64,000 bases of DNA from Candidatus Peregrinibacteria bacterium CG2_30_44_17 (GTDB lineage Bacteria; Patescibacteriota; Gracilibacteria; UBA1369; UBA12470), in contig MNZJ01000025.1 in NCBI GenBank assembly GCA_001873565.1, positions 613 through 64,612 of the forward strand, read 5' to 3'. Under the pieces are notes generated by a model. It was not told where the DNA came from, made no database searches, and saw nothing but the letters and a program-made list of their open reading frames with translations. The position numbers were made by a program, and so were the translations under genes. Below, piece after piece: positions 56,203 to 64,000 of the stretch. Each line of letters starts with the position of its first letter. Position 1 is the stretch's first letter.

Positions 56203-57972
56203 ATGGATAAAATAGCAATTTTAGATTTCGGAAGTCAGTTCGCTCACTTACTCGCAAATCGCATTAGGCGTCTCGGCGTTTATTCGGAAATAATCGATGC
56301 GGACACAAAAGCGGTAGATTTAAAAGACTACAAAGGCATAATCATTTCGGGAAGTCCGGCGTCGGTCAACGCTCCTGATTCGCCGAAAGCAGATCCGAAA
56401 ATCTACGAACTTGGCATTCCGATTTTGGGAGTTTGTTACGGTCATCAATTAACGATGAAAACTCTTGGCGGCGAAGTCCGAAAAGGCAGTGTCGGAGAGT
56501 ACGGCCTGACAAAATTCACAGTACAAAAAAACACAGGAGTTTTAAGCAAATTAGAACAAAAAACTTACCAAGTTTACGCCAGCCATTTCGATTCGGTAGG
56601 TAAGTTGCCAGAAGGGTTCGAAGCGCTAGGCTCAACGCCGGATGATCAGTTTTCAGCAACCGCCAACGAAGAGCGAAGAATCTACACGCTGCAGTTCCAT
56701 CCTGAGGTTACCCATACTGAATGCGGCATGCAAATACTGGAATCATTTGTGGAAATCACAGGAGCAAATCGCGACTGGAGCATAGACAAATTCATAGAGC
56801 TCGAGCTGGATTCGATCACAAAAAAAGTCGGAGACAAAAAAGTCTTCATGCTCGTATCTGGAGGAGTCGATTCGTCTGTAGCGTACGTTCTCCTCGCAAA
56901 AGCCCTCGGACCTGAGAGGATCTACGCGATGTATGTCGACACGGGCTTCATGCGCAAAAACGAAAGCGAAGAGATCAAAAAATTCCTCAAGACGGCGGGA
57001 GTTACAGATTTGCACGTTGAGTACGCGGCGGAAGAGTACTTTATGGCGCTCAAAAACGTTTACGAACCGGAACAAAAACGCAAAATCATCGGCGACAAAT
57101 TCCTGGAAATTCAACGCAGAGTTGCGCAAGAACTTAATCTGAATCCGGATGAGTGGCTCTTGGGGCAAGGCACGATTTATCCTGATACAATCGAGTCGGG
57201 TGGCACAAAGAACGCAGACAAGATCAAGACACATCACAACCGTGTACCGGAAATAGAAGAGATGATCCGCCAAGGCAAAATAATCGAACCGATAAAAGAG
57301 CTCTACAAAGACGAAGTTCGCATGGTAGGACGCAAACTGGGTCTGCCTGACGAGATGGTCGACAGACATCCATTCCCCGGCCCGGGATTAGCGGTAAGGT
57401 GCTTATGTGCGGAGGTGGCGGAGTCATGTAGCGCAGAGGTAGAAGCAGAAGGCTACAAGACGAATGTCTTGCCAATTCAATCTGTCGGAGTCCAAGGAGA
57501 CGAAAGGACTTACAGACATCCTGCTATATTGGAAGGAGATCATGACTGGGAAAAACTCAGAAAGTTGTCTCCTCAAATCACAAACAAATATTCGGAAATT
57601 AACAGGGTTATGTTTGCAGCAAGCGGCCCAATTACGTCAATCTCGGTAACACCTTCCTATCTGACCGAAGAACGTATCGCAACGCTTCAGGAAGCAGATC
57701 AACTCGTCATGGATTTTATCCGAGAAACCGACAAGGAAGGTCTCGTATGGCAGTGTCCAACAGTTCTGTTGCCAATCAGCATCAACGCAGAAGGCAAGGA
57801 GTCGATAGTCATAAGGCCGGTCAGCTCAACAGAGGCAATGACAGCCAATTTCACAGAGCTTCCGTGGGATGGCGTACAGCGCCTCGCAGAAAAGCTCATG
57901 CAGCTGCCAAATATCTCAGCCGTCTTCTACGACATCACGAATAAGCCACCTGGAACGATTGAGTGGGAATAA
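56203..57972 (+). CDS. guaA: GMP synthase (glutamine-hydrolysing)
   Basis: GATase domain (GVCYGHQ), ATP-PPase loop SGGVDSS and C-terminal PPGTIEWE. At 589 aa it is somewhat longer than the usual about 515-525 aa. Confidence 0.9.
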   Translation: MDKIAILDFGSQFAHLLANRIRRLGVYSEIIDADTKAVDLKDYKGIIISGSPASVNAPDSPKADPKIYELGIPILGVCYGHQLTMKTLGGEVRKGSVGEYGLTKFTVQKNTGVLSKLEQKTYQVYASHFDSVGKLPEGFEALGSTPDDQFSATANEERRIYTLQFHPEVTHTECGMQILESFVEITGANRDWSIDKFIELELDSITKKVGDKKVFMLVSGGVDSSVAYVLLAKALGPERIYAMYVDTGFMRKNESEEIKKFLKTAGVTDLHVEYAAEEYFMALKNVYEPEQKRKIIGDKFLEIQRRVAQELNLNPDEWLLGQGTIYPDTIESGGTKNADKIKTHHNRVPEIEEMIRQGKIIEPIKELYKDEVRMVGRKLGLPDEMVDRHPFPGPGLAVRCLCAEVAESCSAEVEAEGYKTNVLPIQSVGVQGDERTYRHPAILEGDHDWEKLRKLSPQITNKYSEINRVMFAASGPITSISVTPSYLTEERIATLQEADQLVMDFIRETDKEGLVWQCPTVLLPISINAEGKESIVIRPVSSTEAMTANFTELPWDGVQRLAEKLMQLPNISAVFYDITNKPPGTIEWE

Positions 57973-57979
57973 AAACCAC

Positions 57980-58016
57980 CAACTACCCCCTAAGTCCTAA
58001 ATCCTAAGTCCTACTT
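57980..58016. repeat. Heptad array between convergent guaA and murI
   Basis: CTA at 57983, 57990, 57997, 58004 and 58011, exactly 7 nt apart (CCTAAGT/CCTAAAT units). The unit at 58011-58013 is the murI TAG stop. Confidence 0.85.
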
Positions 58017-58841
58017 ACCATCCCCCCCCTCAACATTCACCATCTCAATCTTTGGGATAGGATGTCCAAGGAATTTTTCGCCCATTTTCTTGAACTTAAT
58101 AGGATCGTCGGTAGTCATGTAAGTGCGTTTGCCATTACGCGACAAAGACTTGTCTATATCGGGATGCCTCTTGAGGTAGTCCTTTAGGCTTTTTGCCAAG
58201 ACCGAGCCATCTCCGACAATATGCACTTTGCTTCCCATATATTTCTTAAAATCACGCATCATGAGAGGATAGTGAGTACATCCGAGGATCAAGGTGTCGA
58301 TGTGCCGACTTTTCATCGGGCGTAAATACTTTTTGAGGACCATTTTGGCCTCGGGCTTGTCATGCCAGCCTTCCTCAATGAAAGGAACAAGGAGAGGGCA
58401 TGGCATTGAAAAAATCTCTATTTCAGGATCAATCTTCAGAATTTCAGTCTCATAGGCACGAGAACTTATCGTGCCTTTGGTCCCAACGACGCCAACTCGC
58501 TTGTTTTTTGTTTTTGTAGCAGCCTCCTCTGAAAATGGGAATATAACACCAAGTATGTTTTTCTTATCTTTCAGCCCTGCATCAACGATGTATTTATTCT
58601 GCAAATGCCTTAGAGCAAGTCCTGATATGGTATTGCATGCCACTATGATGAGTTTCACGTCTCTATCAAAAAGAAACTCAACAATCTCCTCGGAGAATCT
58701 GGTAATTGTCTCACGACTATGCGATCCATAAGGTGCGCGAGCGCTATCGCCAAGGTAAACATAATCGTACTCAGGCATATCCGATAGCAGCCCTTTGAGC
58801 ACAGAGAGTCCGCCGAAGCCGGAATCTATAACACCAATCAT
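58011..58841 (-). CDS. murI: Glutamate racemase
   Basis: IGVIDSGFGGLSV, the catalytic Cys regions IVACNT and LGCTHYP. 276 aa. Confidence 0.92.
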   Translation of the reverse strand: MIGVIDSGFGGLSVLKGLLSDMPEYDYVYLGDSARAPYGSHSRETITRFSEEIVEFLFDRDVKLIIVACNTISGLALRHLQNKYIVDAGLKDKKNILGVIFPFSEEAATKTKNKRVGVVGTKGTISSRAYETEILKIDPEIEIFSMPCPLLVPFIEEGWHDKPEAKMVLKKYLRPMKSRHIDTLILGCTHYPLMMRDFKKYMGSKVHIVGDGSVLAKSLKDYLKRHPDIDKSLSRNGKRTYMTTDDPIKFKKMGEKFLGHPIPKIEMVNVEGGDGK

Positions 58842-58918
58842 AAATAGTCAGTAGTTTGTAGTAGAAGCGACCAAAAAGCATTATCTAAGCTGGAAGGCCA
58901 CAAGTCTACCCTAACAGA

Positions 58919-58947
58919 TTGACCTATTGGGCAAAAACAGGTATAAT
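58919..58947 (+). promoter_or_regulatory. Near-consensus sigma70-type promoter upstream of the K+ channel gene
   Basis: TTGACC (58919-58924), a 17-nt spacer and TATAAT (58942-58947). Confidence 0.65.
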
Positions 58948-58978
58948 ATACAGATAAAATTATGTCTAAAACTAACCT

Positions 58979-59017
58979 GCGCGAAGCGCTCCATGGAACA
59001 AAACCCCTAAGTCCTAA
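58979..59017 (+). promoter_or_regulatory. Leader boxes GCGCGAAGCGCTCCAT and CCCTAAGTCCTAA (copy 2)
   Basis: The 16-mer at 58979-58994 is identical to 31865-31880. The 13-mer at 59005-59017 is identical to 31923-31935. Confidence 0.7.
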
Positions 59018-59033
59018 CTACAAAAAGCACCTC

Positions 59034-59792
59034 ATGGATTTCAAAGAAGCAATTAACATTATCGAACAGCGCGGAGACTTCAATCAGTATGCGAAGTTAC
59101 GTACTGTTTTTGAAGATAAATTACAGGAGTTGGACAGGTCGGACTACACGGAAAGAGGGCTTTGCTACTATTACCTCTTAGTTAGCTTGCTCAAAGCACA
59201 CTTGGTTTACGATACGGAAGAGTGTAGGGAGTTTTATACAAGAATGGACATCGAATTCCAGAAGCAGGAAGAGAAATACAAAGAGGAGAGGGCAAGATTC
59301 TCAGGCATGGAGATTGCGGATTTTTACCATCTAATGGAGCGTTGTTACAGCTCGCTCGAGATCATATACGAGAAGAAAGACTTTGCAGAGAGCCGCAAGA
59401 AATCTTATGAAAGGAAGATGATTTTTAGGAAAAACGCATATTGGTTCGAAAAAAAATACGGAAGTTGGCTCGAATACGAACTGCTGCAACTTACATGTCT
59501 ATATGGCGACAGTTTCGTTAGATGGGGAATAACTGCATTAGCTTTTAGCTTTGTAGTAGCTTTCTTATATTTCTTGATAGACCTGCCTGTCGCAGAGCAG
59601 CACAAAATGGTTTCAGGCCTCGGAGGGCACTGGTTTGATTACATCTACTTCTCTATCATTACCCTGACAAGCTTGGGATTCGGGGATTTCGTACCGATGA
59701 CATTAGCAGGGAAAATACTAACCTCAATAGAAGCATTTTTTGGATTCGTAATGCTTGGTATTTTTATCACACTGATACAGAAAAAAATCTAG
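59034..59792 (+). CDS. Two-TM potassium channel (Ion_trans_2) with N-terminal soluble domain
   Basis: K+ selectivity filter TLTSLGFGD lies between two C-terminal TM helices. Start set at the ATG at 59034, because 58962-59033 carries a nucleotide-level repeat shared, in a different frame, with the acyP leader. Confidence 0.7.
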   Translation: MDFKEAINIIEQRGDFNQYAKLRTVFEDKLQELDRSDYTERGLCYYYLLVSLLKAHLVYDTEECREFYTRMDIEFQKQEEKYKEERARFSGMEIADFYHLMERCYSSLEIIYEKKDFAESRKKSYERKMIFRKNAYWFEKKYGSWLEYELLQLTCLYGDSFVRWGITALAFSFVVAFLYFLIDLPVAEQHKMVSGLGGHWFDYIYFSIITLTSLGFGDFVPMTLAGKILTSIEAFFGFVMLGIFITLIQKKI

Positions 59793-59801
59793 GCCCTAAT
59801 G

Positions 59802-60446
59802 CTATTTCTGCAAAAGCCACCAAAGAATTGGTTGTAGTCCCAGAATGACAGCGAGAAGGATTATATAAACCTTCGAATTCACTTTTTCCAGCTCCAATTG
59901 ATTCTCGAGTGATTTAGCAGTCTGCAGGTAATTCCTCGCAATAGATTTGATTTTTTCAACCTTGGCTTCGGATTTCCTGCCTTCGGCCTTGAATTCAAGT
60001 AGAGGAACAGAGTGTTGGACTTGCGCTTCAAGTTGACCGACTCTGTAATTAGCTATTTCAAGCTTCTGTTGGTATTCCTTAATATCATCCCGTGCCTCTT
60101 TAAAAAGAATTTCATAAACGCTCTCAGACTTATCTTCCTTGACTACGTCTTCGCCCAAAATGCGTCCAACTTCCGCATGCACGTCAATTGCCGGACCATC
60201 TTGAGCGGCAAAGTTATTGATAGAACGATGTATGCGATGAGAATCATCCATCTCGTGATCGCCAACATCAGCTCGTGGAACATAGCCGGAGTTAAAAGAT
60301 TTGACCTCGTTCCCATTGAGTCTGATAAAACCATTAATTTTACGCGCCGTAAGCCGTCCTCCGCGTATATAACGGTCCAGCGTCCTAAGCGATATGCCAA
60401 GTGCCTCTGAAGCCGATTTCCGATCTACTGTGTACGAATCACTCAT
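59802..60446 (-). CDS. Tail-anchored DNA-binding protein: excisionase/MerR-type HTH + coiled coil + C-terminal TM helix
   Basis: 214 aa. The N-terminus SASEALGISLRTLDRYIRGGRLTARKINGFIRL fits the HTH_17 pattern. The middle is heptad-rich (EYQQKLEIANYRVGQLEAQV). The last about 22 aa are hydrophobic (VYIILLAVILGLQPILWWLL). Confidence 0.65.
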   Translation of the reverse strand: MSDSYTVDRKSASEALGISLRTLDRYIRGGRLTARKINGFIRLNGNEVKSFNSGYVPRADVGDHEMDDSHRIHRSINNFAAQDGPAIDVHAEVGRILGEDVVKEDKSESVYEILFKEARDDIKEYQQKLEIANYRVGQLEAQVQHSVPLLEFKAEGRKSEAKVEKIKSIARNYLQTAKSLENQLELEKVNSKVYIILLAVILGLQPILWWLLQK

Positions 60447-60496
60447 TTTTCATTTTTATTTATACCCAAATACATATTAATCACCGACAGACAACT

Positions 60497-60634
60497 TGTC
60501 TAGACAAAATAGACGGCGTGTCTACTTGATGTCTACTAGTGACTAGTCCAGAAAGAGGCTTAAAGCCTAGGCAGTAGACGAGCTGTCTGGACATGTCTAC
60601 CTTGCTGTCTAGACAAAATAGACAGGCTGTCTAT
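60497..60634. repeat. Iteron/palindrome cluster upstream of the tail-anchored HTH gene
   Basis: The 18-mer TGTCTAGACAAAATAGAC is exact at 60497-60514 and 60606-60623, and each copy starts with the palindrome TGTCTAGACA. Additional GTCTAC/GTAGAC/GTCTGGAC units lie at 60520-60525, 60531-60536, 60574-60579, 60585-60592 and 60595-60600. The centre has the palindrome CTAGTGACTAG (60535-60545) and the hairpin AGGCT-TAA-AGCCT. Confidence 0.85.
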
Positions 60635-60875
60635 GCTGTTTGGATAGGCGGAAATGAGATATGAACTAGGACACATGCTCGCTATGCAGGTTTGTGGCGG
60701 GAAACATGGTTTTGACGTGGTGCGTTTTGTATTGCTGAGTGTCTAATCGACTAAGCAAAAGAGGCTGGTTCTAGGGCGAAAATCTATAGGCGATATCACA
60801 AGGTAGCTGGCGCGTGCGCCAATGAAATGGTATTTTTATGCTCGAAAAATAATTCGAATAATCAATGCTCTCTGA

Positions 60876-61391
60876 ATGGCTAGCAAAAAGAAAAAACCCA
60901 GTTTGGATAGTTGCATAGTTGACAAAAAAGGATCGGTAATCGTTGTGCTTGATAACATACGAAGTCTTCACAATGTTGGAGCTATTTTTCGCACTTGTGA
61001 TGGCGCAGGAGTGAAAAAGATATATCTATGTGGCATGACGGGAACTCCTCCAAGGAGAGAGATTACGAAGACTGCAATAGGGGCGGAAGATACTGTTCCA
61101 TGGGAATATAGACGGTATACGCTGCGGCTTGTTAAAAAGCTGAGAGAGGAGGGTTATCAGATAGTCGCGCTAGAGAAAAACAGTCAAAGCGAAATATTCA
61201 AGAAGGCAAAATACAGAAAAAAAACTTGCTTAATTGTGGGACACGAAATAAATGGTGTAAAGGACTCAGTCTTGGCGCAGTCGGACAAAATCGTACATAT
61301 ACCAATGTATGGAATCAAAGAGTCACTTAACGTAGCGACCGCTTTTGGCATAGCTGTCTACGAGATTGCCAGTCAACTTAATGACCTGTAA
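60876..61391 (+). CDS. SpoU/TrmH-family RNA 2'-O-methyltransferase
   Basis: 171 aa. SLHNVGAIFRTCDGAGV, IVGHEINGV and ESLNVATAFGIAVYE are the three SPOUT motifs. Confidence 0.8.
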   Translation: MASKKKKPSLDSCIVDKKGSVIVVLDNIRSLHNVGAIFRTCDGAGVKKIYLCGMTGTPPRREITKTAIGAEDTVPWEYRRYTLRLVKKLREEGYQIVALEKNSQSEIFKKAKYRKKTCLIVGHEINGVKDSVLAQSDKIVHIPMYGIKESLNVATAFGIAVYEIASQLNDL

Positions 61392-61392
61392 G

Positions 61393-62397
61393 ATGCCTCT
61401 GATGGTAAAAGCGTTAAAAAAAATCATTAAGTATACGGTCCTGCTATCCATATTGTTGTTGTTCTTGGCATGGTATTTCTTGGTTGGGCTGCATGGATCT
61501 AGCTCAGGCGAAGAGTTTAACAGAGGTGAGAACGGACTTTGGATTAAGCACGCATGGGTTGGTAATGAGCAGGACACGAGTGTTGTAGAAGATTTAGCTC
61601 TCAAGCTCGCCAAATACGACATTAAATACGTCTACGTTCACACTGGCCCTATAGATAGTGATGGAACTATCCCGGAGGAGCGGTACAAATTCGCAGAAGA
61701 GTTCATAGACATACTGACAGCCAAGAATCCGGAGGTTGTTCCTCTTGCGTGGCTCGGTCAAATTAGATCGGATATAGATATAGACGACCCGGAAATACGG
61801 TCCAATATAGTAGAAACATGCGCAAAACTTGTTTCCGAAACAGGATATGCAGGGATACATTATGATATTGAACCTGTTCCGCACGACGATCAGGGTTTTT
61901 TGGACCTGCTTCAAGAAACACGAGACAAACTTGGAGACGAAACTTTTATTTCGATAGCGACAGATGAATGGCAGCCTACTCTTGTGAGCGATGTCGTTGG
62001 AGTTATTTTGGATCAAACCATCGAAAGCTACTGGGAGACGGAATATTTCCAGGCGTCAGCGGAGATAGTGGATCAAATAGTCGTTATGACATACGACACG
62101 TCTCTAGGTGACTCTGAGCACTACGAGTGGCTTGTGGAGCAACAAGTTATATATTTGTCTCAGGTCTTGGCGCCATATGGCAAAGAGCTTCTGATTGGCA
62201 TACCAACTTACGAAGATGACAAAGAAAGCTTCGACCCGGAAGTGGAAAACATGGAAACGGGCCTAAACGGTATCATCGCAGGATTAAATAACAAGCGTAC
62301 GACACGTGACGCATTCACAGGAGTTGCTATCTATGCTAACTGGGAAACCACTGAATCCGAATGGGATATATACGAAAAACTTTGGCAAGGACTATGA
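61393..62397 (+). CDS. Membrane-anchored TIM-barrel glycosyl-hydrolase-like protein (GH18-like)
   Basis: N-terminal TM helix. AGIHYDIEP resembles the GH18 D-x-D-x-E catalytic strand. Start taken at the ATG at 61393. Confidence 0.45.
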   Translation: MPLMVKALKKIIKYTVLLSILLLFLAWYFLVGLHGSSSGEEFNRGENGLWIKHAWVGNEQDTSVVEDLALKLAKYDIKYVYVHTGPIDSDGTIPEERYKFAEEFIDILTAKNPEVVPLAWLGQIRSDIDIDDPEIRSNIVETCAKLVSETGYAGIHYDIEPVPHDDQGFLDLLQETRDKLGDETFISIATDEWQPTLVSDVVGVILDQTIESYWETEYFQASAEIVDQIVVMTYDTSLGDSEHYEWLVEQQVIYLSQVLAPYGKELLIGIPTYEDDKESFDPEVENMETGLNGIIAGLNNKRTTRDAFTGVAIYANWETTESEWDIYEKLWQGL

Positions 62398-62804
62398 TAA
62401 ACCTCACTTACTCAAACCAGACAAGAGACACAGTAGACGAAACAATCTTCGAGAAACTGCTGCCGAAAATTCAAAAAAGACATCTTAATGCTGAGGGCGA
62501 AATCAGTCTTACCATCGTAGACGACAAGACTATACAAGAGCTGAACCGCGAGTATCGCGGGAAGGACAAGCCAACAGATGTCATCTCGTTCGCCTACAGT
62601 GAGAGCGAAAAATTCCCCGGTGAGAACATGCTTGGTGAAATATACATTTCGATAAAAACAGCAAAAAGACAGTCCGAAGACTTGGATAGAGAGCTGAAAT
62701 TTCTATTCATCCATGGAGTACTTCACTTGCTTGGATACACGCATGAGACAGATGAAAAATACTCCGAAATGATGGAAGAAACAGAGGAAATTATTCGGCT
62801 ATAA
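62394..62804 (+). CDS. ybeY: Endoribonuclease YbeY
   Basis: Zinc motif HGVLHLLGYTHE. ATGA overlap with the upstream gene. Confidence 0.88.
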   Translation: MINLTYSNQTRDTVDETIFEKLLPKIQKRHLNAEGEISLTIVDDKTIQELNREYRGKDKPTDVISFAYSESEKFPGENMLGEIYISIKTAKRQSEDLDRELKFLFIHGVLHLLGYTHETDEKYSEMMEETEEIIRL

Positions 62805-62850
62805 TTGTCATCTTGCGTCTCTATACTTATTGCCTGTACATTAGAAGCCA

Positions 62851-64000
62851 ATGTTCAATCCAAATCCAAACAGAACGATCCCCATTCTCATGGGTACGCA
62901 ACACCCGGATAATGCGTCTGTGCCTTTTTGGAATGATAGTGCGTTCGTAGAGTCGAGGCAGGAGACTGATGAGGTCTATCAGAACTTTTTTACGCTGGAT
63001 TGCGACGAGTACATGTGGGACTGGGAAGGGAAATTTGCGGACGAAGCGATGATCGAGAGGCTGATGTCAAAACATCTCAAGGATTTCAAACAAAAACAGG
63101 TTGGTCGAGACAAGTTCATAACGATAAGGATTCCGAATATATGGGAAGAGAAGACTTTTAAGCTGGCGAGGGCCTACATGAGCGTTCTGTCGGCAGCAGA
63201 GTTTACCAAGTCTTTACAGGTATACACGCCACCTGTATTCGAGTTCATATTGCCGATGACAACTTCAGCGGCTCAGATGCTTCACGTCCAAGAGACTTTT
63301 CGCAAGACGGCGAAGCTGCATGAAGAGACTTTTGGCGAGAATATGTTTGGAAAGGGGTACGTACATATGATCCCGATTTTTGAAAGCGTAGAAGATTTGG
63401 CAGGATGCGCAAAGATACTTAGGGACTATATAGTAGGTCACAGGGAGATGTGGGGCGAAAACCCTGCTTATTTGAGGGTTTTCATCGCGAGATCAGACCC
63501 GGCGCTTAATGCAGGATTTGCACCGGCGATGCTAGCCACAAGAATGGCACTGCGTGAAATGTACAAAGTAGAAGAAGAATTCGGTATACCGGTATATCCA
63601 ATTGTTGGCACAGGATCGTTGCCTTTTAGGGGAGGTATAAATCCGGACAATATCGAAAACAGTCTGCCTCAGTATGAAGGGGCTAAGACAGTGACAATAC
63701 AATCGGCTTTCAAGTACGACTATCCGATACAAGACGTAAAAAAAGCACTCGATTTCATCGAGAAAAAGCTGACAAAAGTAAAGCCGGTCAAGTTCGGTGA
63801 TGATGAGTTCCAGACCATGGAAGTCTTAAACGACATATTCAAGAATTTTTACAGGCCTACAATCGAGAAATTCGCACCGATGATCAATCGGATGGCTCAG
63901 TTCGTGCCAAACAGGCGCGAAAGATTGCAGCACATAGGGCTGCTAGGCTACAGCAGAGGGGTGGGAGAAGTAGCACTGCCTAGGGCGATTAAGTTCACGG
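62851..64000 (+). CDS. ppcA: Archaeal-type phosphoenolpyruvate carboxylase (partial, runs off the window)
   Basis: Absent from the ORF track because no stop is reached. Frame translation gives MFNPNPNRTIPILMGTQHPDNASVPFW, then IPIFESVEDL and GTGSLPFRGG. The MGTQHPDN N-terminus is the hallmark of PepcA. Confidence 0.8.
   Translation, partial: MFNPNPNRTIPILMGTQHPDNASVPFWNDSAFVESRQETDEVYQNFFTLDCDEYMWDWEGKFADEAMIERLMSKHLKDFKQKQVGRDKFITIRIPNIWEEKTFKLARAYMSVLSAAEFTKSLQVYTPPVFEFILPMTTSAAQMLHVQETFRKTAKLHEETFGENMFGKGYVHMIPIFESVEDLAGCAKILRDYIVGHREMWGENPAYLRVFIARSDPALNAGFAPAMLATRMALREMYKVEEEFGIPVYPIVGTGSLPFRGGINPDNIENSLPQYEGAKTVTIQSAFKYDYPIQDVKKALDFIEKKLTKVKPVKFGDDEFQTMEVLNDIFKNFYRPTIEKFAPMINRMAQFVPNRRERLQHIGLLGYSRGVGEVALPRAIKFT

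Noticed and set aside
58962-59033. N-terminal 24 codons of the long K+ channel ORF
   Set aside because: This stretch is made up largely of the repeated leader boxes, and the ATG at 58962 lies only about 10 nt from the predicted transcription start. The ATG at 59034 is preferred, but this is not proven.
1-64000. Alternative genetic code (UGA recoding), as in some candidate phyla
   Set aside because: RF2 is encoded. TGA terminates normal-length genes (for example comM at 46627-46629 and the membrane protein at 37129-37131). No conserved gene is interrupted by an in-frame stop.
1-64000. Prophage, plasmid, transposon, defence island, or tRNA/rRNA genes
   Set aside because: I saw no integrase, transposase, RT, cas or restriction genes, and no T-loop-like GGTTCGAATCC or rRNA-like sequence on visual inspection. 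tRNAscan and Infernal would be needed to be certain.

Overview
Gene-dense bacterial chromosome segment: about 58 CDS with short or overlapping junctions, and standard genetic code (RF2 is present and TGA closes normal-length ORFs). Content is almost entirely housekeeping. It covers replication and repair (mfd, dnaN, holB, dnaB, DciA-like DUF721, recR, stand-alone 5'-3' exonuclease) and division and wall synthesis (ftsA, ftsZ, murD, murF, murI, FemAB-like, MOP flippase, VanW). It also covers translation (prfB, def, infC-rpmI-rplT, rpsP, hpf, class I LysRS, ybeY), RNA decay (RNase J, RNase Y) and a contiguous MEP isoprenoid cluster (ispG, large membrane protein, dxr, ispDF, ispE). Also present are pdxST, folE, queG, guaA, carB and a partial archaeal-type PEP carboxylase at the right edge. 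Several traits suggest a reduced-genome, Patescibacteria/CPR-like organism, but this is inference only: few Shine-Dalgarno sites, a stand-alone PolI exonuclease domain, DUF4012, a small T4SS-pilin-like protein, class I LysRS and archaeal-type PEPC. I found no rRNA, tRNA, CRISPR array, transposase, integrase or recognisable defence genes. The unusual signals are in the non-coding DNA. (1) Short tandem heptad arrays carry CTA (TAG on the other strand) at exact 7-nt spacing; they often start at a gene's own stop codon or end at a start codon. (2) A duplicated leader module sits upstream of the acylphosphatase and K+ channel genes, with a six-unit heptad expansion in one copy. (3) An iteron/palindrome cluster lies upstream of a tail-anchored HTH coiled-coil protein. 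(4) A 172-nt element closed by a perfect 16-bp inverted repeat lies between hpf and rny. (5) A 49-nt element occurs twice. (6) An AT-rich region with three DnaA-box-like 9-mers lies upstream of dnaN. All functional readings of these are hypotheses. All coordinates and repeat matches come from reading the sequence by eye.
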